Positions 24,125 through 36,899 of a DNA stretch of 64,000 nt are shown piece by piece. Location of the stretch: contig NC_086108.1 in assembly GCF_963921235.1 (NCBI RefSeq), forward strand, positions 24,304,001 to 24,368,000. The letters run 5' to 3'. The position numbers and the translations under genes are program-made. Each line of letters begins with the position of its first letter. The first letter of the stretch is position 1. This DNA is from Mobula hypostoma. Lineage: Eukaryota. A model generated the notes under the pieces. It was not told the origin of the DNA. It saw only the letters and a program-made list of their open reading frames with translations, and made no database searches.

Positions 24125-25589
24125 TATACAGTGATCACCAATTATCAGCCTACCATTCTCCCCTCTGTGCACTACAGTATTTACCTATTGTTATCCTACT
24201 GTCCTCCCCTCTGTGCAATACAATGTTCACCAATTATCAATGGCCTCCCGCCTCCCCGATCGCGTGTTAAAAACGGAGAATAGGCAAGAGCAAATAAACA
24301 GGGTCCTTCTGCATGCTGCCATACCGGGCTGAGAGATCTGTAATGAGATTGCTAACAGGGCTGCTAGGTCACTGCCCAGCATTGTGTGAAGTTCAAAAAA
24401 CAATGTTTATCTTTTTAATCACAAGCTCTCACGGAACCCCTAGCGACCTCTTACGGAACCCTAGGGTTCCCTGGAACCCTGGCTGAGAAACCTTGATTCA
24501 CAAAAATATCAAAATAAACCATCTTAATTCTCGGTTAATTACCAATCAATGACATAGCCATGTATGTATTCTACTCCTGAATACATCTTGACATTTGACA
24601 AACAGCAATAGATGAAAAAAATTCTATAAGCTTCCACTAGATGTATAGCTTCTCTTACAGTAAATATTCTGACATCACTATAGCTTACATGCATGAGTTC
24701 AACCATCTTGTGTTGCTGGAGAGGCTTTCAGTGCCACTTATCTACCTGAAGCTATTCCCATATAAATTAAAATTAAGATGCAGCCATTCAGCCCGTCATT
24801 TTTCTGCAGTGGTTATGCTTCCCATGATTCTACTCCTGTACTACATTTAATCCTAACAGGATGTCCTCCAATTTTATACACATTTTATCTTAAATAAATC
24901 TACAATATCTGCCATTTACAATTACAATCTGCCAGTATCTACAATTACTCCATTTTGAAGCAAGCTCCAGATTCTCACCATTTTCTATGTAATGATTCTC
25001 TTGAATTTGCTGTTGTTTTTACTAATTATTTTGTATTTATGCTCCCTAGTTCCTCAGTATTAATAAATTCAATCTCTTCCATGTCTGCTCATCATAGCTA
25101 ATAGAGTCACTGTAGTATGTGATAAAATGCCAAGAGACACACATTCCTGGTGTGTAAGTGTATTCTCCACTGCCATACTATTTAGCTCAAACCCTTGCAG
25201 TTAATAGGCTCAGGCTTTTGTTAAATAAGATTTTTCCTTGAAGCTGTTGGGAATAATATCTGATAACTTTTGCTTCCTGTATTTGCATAAAAATAATTTC
25301 TGGCTTATTTAAATGTACAGATTGTCAGTGATAGGGTGTGCAGGCTAGCCCTCAGAGGAGATCTGTTTTCATTAAGTCCAATATGAGAGACATTTTCTCA
25401 ATTCACATTCTTGCTCCCCAGTGGTACGAAGTTGCATTATGGTTATTAATACCAAATAACATTTCTTATTCAGTTTAAATTGACATAAATTGAAATTGAG
25501 CAACATGGATCTGTTATAAATATCATTAAGATTTGTTTAAGAATCCAGCACAGATTCACTGATGAATGCACCAAGTTTAATCCCAGTGG

Positions 25590-26140
25590 CAACTCCTCAG
25601 TAAATGAAGCAGACCATACCTGAGGCAAGATAATATTCAGGCATGAGATGATAAGCAGCAGGTTATAATAGTTCTATGCAATGATCATCTCCAGCAAGTG
25701 TGCAGCTCCTTCCCTATTTAATTCATTAGCACAGCCACTGCTAATTAATCCATCTAACAGTTCCAGCAATGACCAAAGGCTTTAATGGACCTGCCACTTA
25801 ACTACAGAAGTTGGGCACCTCAAGGGATTGACACATCTCCTGGTTTATCTACTATTGTAAGGCACAAGTCAAGAATGATATATTGTAATCTCCACTAAAT
25901 TTAGTTTACATACTCAGGGCATGTGAATGTCATTGTCCAGTTCAATATTTTGCCCAGCCCTTATACTACCTGAATTAGGGGGCTTGCTGTGTCAATTTGA
26001 GGACAGCTAAAGGTCAAATACCTTGTGGGTCTGAGCTAAACATAGACCAGATTATGTAAGGATGGCAGATTTCCTTTCCTAAAGGTTATTAGTGAATCGG
26101 ATTGGTTATGATAATGATGATGCAGATTTGATTTAATTAC
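25590..26140 (-). mobile_element. Ancient LINE-derived 3' remnant
   Basis: 25920-26110 (gaccag..aaggatggcagatttcctttcctaaaggttattagtgaa) has a diverged counterpart at 60590-60770. Family not identified. Confidence 0.35.
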
Positions 26141-26744
26141 TCACATATCTGCATCAATAATTCTGCCTACTGAACATGAGTCCAGTAAATGAACTATGAT
26201 GTCACTGTACCTGGGATGCCATTTACTTCAGTCAACCTCACATCCACATCATCTATTCCCAGCACTTTTAATTCTCGTGAGAATAAAAATCACTCTTCTA
26301 CCTACTATACAGCAGCACTTTGAAACAGCTCTCAGATCTTCAATCATCTTAGTACATCACCACCTACTTATTCAGGTACTCCCTCACTTCCACCTTTGAT
26401 ATTTTATATTTCAGCTTTCTCTTTAATGTTTCTGTGTCAAATCTGCAGTCTCTTGACACCATAGAGTCAGTTTAATTTTTCTTATGCATTACTGGTATAG
26501 CCATCTAAAATGACACTTGGACTGAGAGATGTTATGAGACCTGAACTTGCTTTTCCATGACCATTCACTACTGAAAGAATCTACAAGAATTTAAAACTCA
26601 ATTTAGATTCCTTTGTCTTTCCTTCACTTCCAGTGAGTGCAGATGACTCAAAGGATTCAATTAAATATCTAATGCTGATCTCCCTAAGTTCATCTCTGCC
26701 CTGAGACCCATCAGAATTGTTTTTATTCCAATAACCAAACCTCT

Positions 26745-27902
26745 GAATCAGAATCAGAATCAGGTTTAATATCACAGACATATGTTGTCTTGCAGCAGCA
26801 GTATATTGAAATATATAAAAAATAGAAAGTAGAATAGCAAATATTAAAAAAATAATAAATTAAGTAAGTAGTACAAAAGGAGCATAAAAAGAAAAAAACA
26901 GTGAGCTAGTACAGATGGATTCATTGTCCATTCAGAAATCTGATGGTGCTGGAAAAGAAGCTATTCCTAAAATGTTGACTGTGTTCTTCTGGCTCCTGTA
27001 CCTCCTCAATGGTAGTAATGAGAAGAGGGCACGTCCTTGGTGATATTGGGTCCTTAATGACGGATGCTGTCTTTTAGAGGCATGACCTTTTGAAGGTGTC
27101 CTCAATGCTGGGGAAGCCAGTGCCCATGATGGAGCTGGCTGAGTTTGCAACTTTCTGCTGATTTTTCCAATCCTGTGCAGTGGTCCCTTCATACCAGATG
27201 GCGATTTAATCAGTTAGAATGCCCTTCACAGAATATCTATAAAAACCTGTGAGTCTTTGGTGACATACGAAGTCTCTTCGAAGTCGGAATGGAATATAGC
27301 CGCTGTTGTGCCTTCTATGTAACTGCATCAATATGTTGGGCCCAGGATAGATCTTCAGGGATGTTGACACCCGGGAACTTGAAATTGCTCACCCTTTCCA
27401 CTGCTGATCTCTCGATGAGGACTGATATGCGTTCCCTCGACTTCATCTTCCTGAAGTCCACAATTAATTCCTTGGTCTTACTGACGTCAAAACAACCTTG
27501 CACTCAACACCACTCAACCAGCTGATCTATCTCACTACTGTACACCACCTCCTCACCGTCTGGAAACAATAGTGGTGTCATCGGCAAATTTATAGATGGC
27601 TTTTTAGCTGTGCCTAGCCACACAATCGTGAGTGTAGAGAGAATACAGTAGTGGGCTAAGTTCTATCCTCGAGATGCAATAGTGTTGATTGTCAGCAAGG
27701 AGGATACGTTATTACCAAACCTTATTGACTGTGGTCTCCTGATGAGGAAGTCAAGGATCCAGCTGCAGAGGGAGGTATAAAGGCCCAGGTTTTGAAATTT
27801 GTTGTTTAGTAATGAAGGTGTGATGGTGTTGAACACTGAGCTGTAAACAATAAACAGCAACCTGACATAGGAATTACTATTGCCCAGGTGATCCAAGGCC
27901 AC
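26745..27902 (-). mobile_element. Rex1/Babar-type LINE, 5'-truncated and decayed
   Basis: YVRLLFIVYSSVFNTI, LCSWILDFL and KTKELIVDFRK..FKFPGVNI.EDLSW motifs; (gattct)n tail at 26745-26763. Confidence 0.8.
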
Positions 27903-28227
27903 CAGCTTGTTTTCCAGTGACCCTTTGCACTGTCACAGCACAATTCTAAACACAGCTAGGAAAAAAAAACACATTGTTTCAAGGGTCAGAGTACAGTATG
28001 CCTTCATATAATCTCTGTACGCTTCAGAATGGATGACCACACAATTCTCCTCTAATTCCTCAACACACCAGAATTACGTATTATAATTACTTTCAACCTA
28101 ACTTAGGCACCATAAAGCTACAAATAACTCTCAAACTCAAATCCTAGTATGCAAATTGTACAGTATATGTCCAAACCAGTCCTTGAAGTCTTGATAATTT
28201 AGAGCTACTGGTATTTCAAATAGCTCT

Positions 28228-28634
28228 ACTTCCACTGGCCGCTTATTCCACACTCGCAACACACACTGAGTGAAGAAGTTTTCCTTCAGGTTCCCCTTAA
28301 ATATTTCACCTTTCATCCTTAACCTATGAACTCTAGTTATAGTCTCACCCAACATCAGTGAAAAAAGCCAACTTACATTTACCCTATCTATAACACTCAT
28401 AATTGTGTATACCTCTGTCAATTCTCCCCTCATTCTCCTTCACTCAGGGAAAAAGTGCTAACATATTCAACCCTTCCTTATAATTCAAGTCTTTAAGTCC
28501 CAGCAACATCCTTGCAAATTCTCTCTGTATTCTTTCAATCCTATCGATTTCTTTCCCGTGGGTAGGTGACCAGAAGTGCACATAATACCCCAAATTAAGT
28601 CTAACCAAAGTCTTATACAAATTCAACATAACCC
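28228..28634 (-). mobile_element. CR1 ORF2 fragment
   Basis: LYKTLVRLNLGYYVHFWSP...ERIQREFAR and NFFTQCVLRVWN. Confidence 0.85.
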
Positions 28635-30309
28635 CATGAAGGACATTCCACTAACAGCACGAGCACAAATGCAGAGATTGTATCTGTATCTTGGATACAA
28701 TTACAAGATCATATTCCAGAGGACAACTTATTGAGATGCTGATGGATTGTCCCGTTTACCCTGAGAGAAAAAAATACTTCAAAATTTACGAAAGAGGACA
28801 CTCCTCAACATTTTCTCCCTAATGCAAATCTAAAGTCTCCTTACTGCAGCAGAGATGATCCAAAGAGAAACCAGAAAAGAGCACACACTCTCTCAGGTCT
28901 ACATATCCACCCAAAATGGCTGGAATACGCAGCAGAAATTCCAGTTCCCCTATTTTGACCAACACTGGGGTGTACATGCCCTTGACATGGCTTGCCTTAT
29001 GTGAGAATTGAGAGTTGTTGTACTATCCAAGCTGAGAACTAAAATGTTGGAGGAGCTACATGCCAGCCATCTAGTTTTGCTCAAAATGAATGTGTTGGCT
29101 CAAAGCTTTGTTTGGTAGCCTGTTATAGATCAACAGATCAAGCAGTTTGCCATGCACTGTGCAGGATGCCAACACATCCAGAAGATGCCAAGAGCAGCAC
29201 CTCTCCATCCCTGAGAACGTTTTGCATTGCCATAGCAGAAGATTCAAGTGTTTTTTTGGGAACCATTTAATGGTCGTAATGGATGCAGCTCCAAAGTGAC
29301 CAGAAATGTTCCCCAATAGCCTCCACTACAGCCTCGTACACTGGCAATGTGTTGAGAAACCTCTTCTCAAGGACTGTGTTCCAAAACATATAGTCTGTGA
29401 CAATAGGCCACAGCTCGTTGCAGATCAAATGAATGGAATAAGACATATTACATCTGTACCATACCATCCAGCTACAAATGAATGGAATACGACACATTCC
29501 ACTTGTACCGTACCGTCCAACTACAAATGAATGGACTAAGACACATTCCACCTGTACCGTGCCATCCAGCAACAAATGGCCTGGCAGAAAGGTTTGTCCA
29601 GAGTCTCAAGAATGTATTGTAAACAATGTCAGCAGAATACACTGCACTGACACCAAATCAGAAGCTCACCAATTTCCCCCTTGCATATCGCAATGCAACA
29701 CACTCTACAACCAACAACTCACCAGCTATGCTCCTTCAGGGTTGCCCCTTGTCCTCACGCTTGGATCTCCTCAAACCCTGTCTCAGAAGAAGTATACAGG
29801 ACAAACAGCTCAGATAAATTGAGGGCTTCTCAAACAAGGAGGCTTGATGTTTCACTCCTGGACAGCAGACCTGTTTTCGGACTACAGAGTTGATCAAAAG
29901 TGGATAGATGAAGGATAGAACTGGACCACTCTCCTACACAGTCAAGATGGCATCTGATGTCATCTGGATCAGTTGAAGAGAGCAGAGTCAATTGCTGGAG
30001 AAGAAACGTGATCAGAGCTGTCAGAACCACTTCCTGCAATTCCAGAGTCAACTCCGACAACCACTGCAGAGGAGACCCCAGAAACTGAGATTGTTTTACA
30101 GCCACAAGTCTCACCTGCCAAGCAGAGTGACTTCCCCCACCACCTCATCAAAAAGATGTTATCGCAAAAGAGCAATTAAATCTTCAGGTCTGAATGGGAC
30201 AATTTAAAACTTACTATGCTGTAGATGTCTATATAGTAGTTGTATTATATAGTGCACTGTATATATGCTTTGGATTTCCAACATCTGCAGACTTTGCTGT
30301 GTTTCTCTC

Positions 30310-33300
30310 AAAAGCTAGTTTAACTTGTCTTTTTTGTGATAAGCACAAAAATATATCAAGTGCTATGACCCGGGGAGAGAAACCATTCAGTCACATTCAG
30401 ACAGGGGAGGTGATTATTACATACCCTGATCACAGTCAGGGTGACCCACAAATAAGTGAATAACAGTATAACCCAAGCTGAAAACGTACCAATAAATGAA
30501 CTTGAACATCCCACCATAATCCCACAAAGGCATTTTAAAACAAGAAAATAAATAGCGCTGGCCACCAGGAATGGAACGCCACACTGCCCCGATCTGAGGT
30601 GTCAGCTATCCCTGGCGACCCCAGAGTTCACAACAAAATCCAAAAGTCCTGTTGGTGGTCAATACCACTACCTGGGGTGTTTGTAGTTCCCTCATGGGAC
30701 GCCCTGTTTGGTGAAGCAAGAAGCAGGGCACCTGGAGTGTCACTTCCTTCTTTCAGCCTCACTGAGTTGTGAGGCCAATACGGTGCCAGCCAGTTCCAGT
30801 GCCTTCCACCACTCAGGCAACCACACCCGCTATACCACATCGGAGATGCAGTGAGCACCTCTCCTGGCCTCTCCCAGCAGCTTCCAAGCTTGGGTGATTG
30901 TCCCTTCTTCCAGGTGGGGCAGTAGACCTATTCTGGGGCCCCCACAAAGTAGTGCTGCGTTGGTGCCCTAGACTGGTGGGACGTGCAGCAGTAAATGAGC
31001 AGGTCCATGTCCTGCCTCTACCCAGGCCAAAAGAAGCATTCGCACAGCTTGCTCAAAGTCTTTGCGACCCCGAAATGGTCAGCCTCCACCAGCCCTTGCA
31101 TCGACAACAGCATCGTGGTGAGGAGTCCCCGGGGACCACCGGCTGCAGGAGATGTCTGTCATCATCAGAGAACTGACACTGTCAGAAGAGCCACCCATCA
31201 TGCTTCTCCAGCATGACCCAGTCAGGGTAGAAAACCTTGGTCTCTGGATCCAGGGCAGAGAGCCCTGCCCACTCTGGCACTGTCCCATGCTCACGAGCCC
31301 CTCAACTGGGCCAGCACAGGATCGCTCTCCTGCTCACTGCACAGCTGATGATCAATGGTGTGGAGATGTACCTCGGCACCGGCTACCACCTGAAGTGTTG
31401 CCACCACCACTTACCCCTGTTGTTGTGTTGGGCTGCTGCAGGGTGTGCTGCACTGTGGAGGCCTGCTCTGAGACTGGTGGTGGTACTGCCTGCCAGAGAG
31501 CCACGGCTTCTGCGCAAAGGTAGAGTGTAGCCCTGGTACACGGTACATCTACACAGGAACCCTCCCCCCCCCCCCCCACCAGACGGTCAGCAGGAGTCCC
31601 AGATGTCAGCTAGCCACACTTTGTTCTTCACTGTGTTTAGCTCCGCTGTGATGTGTAGCCTCCTCTTCCCTCTCATTGCTGCAAGTTGCCAGTGACCGTA
31701 ACTAGCTGGATTGCCATCGTCGTCCACCCAGGCAGGGAAGGCTGGGCCAAACTGGGGAGAACACTGGGACGGATGATTGTGATGGCTGACCACATGTCCA
31801 CCACACACAGCACCTGATGCCCCCCACCATGCAGTCCATGTATAAATCTTGCTCTTCACCCAAATGACCCACCTGGAGGGGTGACAACAGAGGGATTCTG
31901 CTGGAGATATTGAGCAGCACCTCCCACTCAGCATTACCTGACGGCTGTGCTGGGCTGTGGCTTGGCGCTGGTGTGGGGCATTTCCGTGCCAAGTGGTCTG
32001 CCTCGCCACACTGGTAGCAGGAATCACTCTTAGGCACACCATGGAGCTGGTGAGGTATTGGTCAGACCTGTCTCACAGGCTCCTACTGACCAGTTTCCTC
32101 CTCCGTCTCAGTGAGGGGGTGACACTGGAATGCTTTGGGGGGCTAAACTTACTTCTGCCATCTCCTCCTCTGCCAGCATTCTTGGTGATGCCAGGCAAAC
32201 ATGCTGCTGAAGATGCTCTGACATCAGCACCTTTACAAAGACTTGGAGGGAAAGCTCTTCCTGGGCTGCAGGAGGGAACAGGGGGCAAACATGCTGAGCA
32301 CAGTGGCGGATATCTGTTACGAATGTCCCCCAAGCTTTCTCCCACACGGCATTGCTTGCTTTCCAGCTTTCCTTCATTTCTTCCTCCAATGGCCTCTGCT
32401 GGAAACGCCGCCCCAGCGCCACTACAAGTGCCCTGTAGTCATGCTGTGCAGTTGGTGTTAGGTCGAGGAGGGCCTGCAGGGCATTCCCCTCCAGCGCCAG
32501 GGCAAGGTGCACCGCCGTCTCAGTGGGGCTCCACCCATTGTGCCATGTGTCAAGTTTGACGTGTGTCAGGTAAGACTCCAGGTGGCTGGTACCATTGTAT
32601 TTGGGGAGCTCCAAAGTGGATCTTGTGGCATTAATTGCTGAGGCCCTTTGGTCATCCTCTCCCTCTAGTGGCATCAGTGGTGCCTACCATGTTGCCCATT
32701 CCGCGCACCCCCCCCCCCGCCATGGCTGTGGCGTCCTGGGTTTCCCGGTGGGGGGCATGAGAAGGCAGGTGATGTGCTCCGCCATAGGGGAGCCTGGGTA
32801 CGGTCACCCCATCGGGGTCCCCCAGGAAGGCATGACGCTCGGTTCCCCGGTCAGCATCTTATCTTTGGGAGCCCAGCCTGGGGTGTGGCAGAGACATACC
32901 ACTCAGTTCTCGACTTACTCCCCAGGTCTTAAGGTGCCCCATCTGACATTACAGCTCTTCAATCTCACTGTCAATTTCTAATCCAACTCCTGACACCAAT
33001 GTTGCGAGCAGATGACAGATGAGAAAAGCTTGTTTATCTCAACTGACATCTTCATTGCGACAAGCACAAAAAAATAGACTGAGCGTTATTACCCAAGGAA
33101 AGAACCCACTCGGTCACATACAGATGGGGGAAGGCAATGATTACACACCCTGGTTACAGTCAAGGTGACCCACAAATGCACAAGTGAATAACTGTATAAC
33201 CCAAGCTAAAATGTAACAATAAATGAACTTGAATGTCCCACCATAATCCCATGAATGCATTTTAAAACAAGAACAATAAATAGTGTTGGCCACTAGAAAT

Positions 33301-33310
33301 ACTGGGACAT
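30310..33310 (-). mobile_element. Old Gypsy-like LTR element, internally deleted, with gag/protease remnants
   Basis: Diverged direct repeats ~30310-30582 and 33000-33310. gag LPKYNGTSHLESYL...AVHLALALEGNA and CCHC knuckle CYQCGEADHLARKC. PBS next to the 33000 LTR. Confidence 0.8.
32981..32998 (-). promoter_or_regulatory. Primer binding site, tRNA-Leu-like
   Basis: Minus strand TGGTGTCAGGAGTTGGAT, close to the tRNA-Leu PBS TGGTGTCAGGAGTGGGAT, 1 nt from the LTR end. Confidence 0.7.
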
Positions 33311-33949
33311 GCTGTTGACTGTGCCTCAGAGTGCCACTATATTATGATGACTAGTGAACAATATGTTTCATATTTGATTTGAGATGCATTTTGTATTGTG
33401 CAGGGAGGAGTGTTGTGTATTTAATATTTTCTGTAATACATGAGTAATATTGTAAATACATTGTTTAAGCATTCTTTGTTTACATATTCATCATGGGTAT
33501 ATGTAAGAAGTGCGTGAATGACCTATGTCATTACGTCACCACATCACATGTGAGCTTAGTCAGGCCCAAGGAAAAGGAAAGTAAAAACTGAGTAGACAAG
33601 TTATCCCAGGCTCATGTGCTTTTCTTTCAATTAGTTTCTGGAATTACAAAACATAACAGTAACTTCCTCAAACTATGAAATTGGTTAAACGTGAGTTGTG
33701 AATACTCACAAATCAAATGCAATATGGAGGGAAATTCCGGTGGAAATGCAGCAATTGGTTCATTGAAAAGAACCAATCCAATGTATTCTTGCATTCTATA
33801 GGTTGTAACTAATTTCTTTTCCTTATTACAAACTAATCCTTGTTATAACACAGGGCTTGACTGTCACTACAAAATAAACAAGATGGAAATAGAACACAGA
33901 ACAGTACAGCACAGTTCAGGCCCTTCGGCCCACAATGTTGTGCCGACCC

Positions 33950-36730
33950 TTAAACCCTACCTCCCATATAACCCCCCACCTTAAATTCCTCCATATACCT
34001 GTCTAGTAGTCTCTTAAATTTCACTAGTGTATCTGCCTCTACCACTGACTCAGGCAGTGCATTCCACACACCAACCACTCTCTGAGTAAAAAACCTTCCT
34101 CTAATATCCCCCTTGAACTTCCCACCCCTTACCTTAAAGCCATGTCCTCTTGTATTGAGCAGTGGTGCCCTGGGGAAGAGGCGCTGGCTATCCACTCTAT
34201 CTATTCCTCTTAATATCTTGTATACCTCTATCATGTTTCCTGTCATTCTCCTTCTCTCCAGAGAGTAAAGCCCTAGCTCCCTTAATCTCTGATCATAATG
34301 CATAATCTCTAAACCAGGCAGCATCCTGGTAAATCTCCTCTGTACCCTTCCCAATGCTTCCACATCCTACGTATGGTGAGGCAACCAGAAATGGACACAG
34401 CACTCCATGTGTGGCCTAACCAGTGTTTTATAGAGCTGCATCATTACCCCGCGACCCTTAAACACTATCCCTCGACTTATGAAAGCTAACACTCCATAAG
34501 CTTTCTTAACTACCTTATCCATCTATGAGGCAACTTTCAGGGATCTGTGTACATGTACCCCCAGATCCCTCTGCTCCTCCACACTACCAAGTATCCTGCC
34601 ATTTACATTGTACTCTGCCTTGAAGTTTGTCCTTCCAAAGTATACCACCTCACACTTCTCCAGGTTGAACTCTATCTGCCGCTTCTCAGCCCACTTCTGA
34701 AACCTATCAATGTCTCTCTGCAATTTCAAAAATCCCCTACACTATCTACAACACCACCAACCTTTGTGTCATCTGCAAACTTGCCAGCCCACCTTTCTAT
34801 CCCCACATCCAGGTCATTAATAAAAATCATGAAAAGTAGATGTCCCAGAACCGATCCTTGTGGGACACCACTAGTCACAAACCTCCAATCCGAATGTACT
34901 CCCTCCACCACGACCCTCTGCTTTCTGCAGGCAAGACAATTCTGAATCCACCTGGCCAAACTTCCCTGGATCCCATGCCTTCTGACTTTCTGAATGAGCC
35001 TAACGTGTGGAACCTTGTCAAATGCCTTACAAAAATCCATGTAGATCACATCCACTGCACTACCCTCATCTATATGCCTGGTCACCTCCTCAAAGAACTC
35101 TATCACGCTTGTTAGACACGATCTGCCCTTCACAAAGCCATGCTGACTGTCCCTGATCAGACCATGATTCTCTAAATGCCCATAGATCCTATCTCTAAGA
35201 ATCTTTTCCAATAGCTTTTCCACCACAGACATAAGGCTCACTGGTGTATAGTTACCCGGACTATCCCTACTACCTTTTTTGAACAAGGGGACAACATTCA
35301 CCTCCCTCCAATCCTCCGGTACCATTCCTGTGGACAACGAGGACATAAAGATCCTAGCCAGAGGCTCAGCAATCTGTTCCCTTGTCCCGTGGTGCAGCCT
35401 GGGGAATATTCCGTCAAGCCCCGGAGAGTTATCTGTTCCAATGTATTTTAACAACTCCAACACCTCCTCTCCCTTAATATTAACATGCTCCAGAACATCA
35501 ACCTCACTCATAATGTCCTCACCATCATCAAGTTCTCTCTCATTGGTGAATACCAAAGAGAAGTATTCATTGAGGACCTCACTCACTTCCACCGCCTCCA
35601 GGCACATCTTCCCACCTTTATCTCTAATCGGTCCTATCTTCACTCCTGTCATCCTTTTGTTCTTCACATAATTGAAGAATGCTTTGGGGTTTTCCTTTAC
35701 CCTACTCGCCAAGACCTTCTCATGCCCTCTTCTTGCTCTTCTCAGCCCCTTCTTAAGCTCCTTTCTTGCTACCCTATATTCATCAATAGACCCATCTGAT
35801 TCTTGCTTCCTAAACTTCATGTATGCTGTCTTCTTCCACCTGACTAGATTCTCCACCTCAATTGTTACCCATGGTTCCTTCACCCTACCATTCTTTATCC
35901 TCCTCACCAAGACAAATTTATCCCTAACATCCTGCAAGAGATCCCTAAACATCGACCACATGTCCATAGTACATTTTCCCTGCAAAAACTTCATCCCAAT
36001 TCACACCCGCAAGTTCTAGCCTTAAAGCCTCATAATTTGTCCTTCCCCAATTAAAAATTTTCTTGTCCTCTCTGATTCTATCCTTTTTCATGATAATGTT
36101 AAATGCCGGGGAGCGGTTGTCACTATCCCCCAGATGCTCACCCACTGAGAGATCTGATTAGTTCGTTACCTAATACTAGATCTAGTATGGCATTCCCCCT
36201 AGTCGGTCTGTCAACATACTGTGACAGGAATCTGTCCTGGACACATTTAACAAACTCTGCCTTGTCTAAACCTTTGGAACGAATCAGGTGCCAATCAATA
36301 TCAGGGAAGTTAAAGTCACCCATGATAACAACCCTGTTATTTTTGCACCTTTCCAAAATCTGCCTCCCAATCTGCTTCTCGGTATCTCCGCTGTTACCAG
36401 GGGGCCTGTAGAATACTCCCAATAGATTAATTGCTCCCTTCCTGTTCCTGACTTCCACCCATACTGACTCAAAAGATGATCCTGCTACATTACCCACCCT
36501 CTCTGTAGCTGTAGTAGTATCCCTGACCAGTAATGCCACACCTGCTCCGCTTTTCCTCCCTCTCTATCCCTTTTAAAGTACTGAAATCCAGGAATATTGA
36601 GAATCCATGCCTGCCCTGGTGCCAGCCAAGTCTCTGTAATGGCCACTACATCATAATTCCATGTATGTATCCAAGCTCTCAGTTCATTACCTTTGCTCTT
36701 GATGCTTCTTGCATTGAAGTACACACACTT
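33950..36730 (-). pseudogene. CR1 ORF2 (AP endonuclease + reverse transcriptase), frameshifted
   Basis: ORF pieces 36485-36724, 36138-36539, 35945-36145, 34726-35994, 34523-34729 and 33950-34363 are collinear CR1 ORF2 segments. Confidence 0.92.
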
Positions 36731-36899
36731 TAGCCCTTCTACCTGACTACCTTACATCCTTTATTCTGTTTCTCTTTCATCAAAGCCTCTTTATATTTTA
36801 AATCTGGCTTTACTCCGTGCACTATACTTGCAGTTCTCACACGACATTTATCCTCCTCCACCTCACTATCTGCTCTAACACTCCTCTCCCCCTGCAAAT

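Larger units (their letters stand above)
11319..24495 (-). mobile_element. hAT-Charlie/Buster-like DNA transposon, decayed, with multiple nested insertions
   Basis: TIR-like ends cagcctttctcaac (11319) and gctgagaaaccttg (ends 24495), with subterminal ggaaccc repeats. Minus strand encodes a BED-like YNESYLSVGFTWTGDPSCPISLCLVC...PAKLKRCL (~12500-12680) and a dimerisation motif FSTSCMFEQAFSCLTSIKSKDRNHL (~11620-11700). Putative N-terminus MDNFEKV at ~18945. Flanks atatacac/attcacaa match 5/8. Confidence 0.75.
28635..33658 (+). mobile_element. Old Gypsy relic: RNase H end, integrase and 3' LTR (33411-33658), interrupted by a second LTR element
   Basis: DADGLSRLP (~28735). LEELHASHL...VW*P.ID..I...C..CQ integrase zinc finger (~29045-29175). 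PYHPATNG-type motif and LAYRNATHSTTN.SPA.LL. PPT gggaggag precedes tgttg...taaca. Confidence 0.75.
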
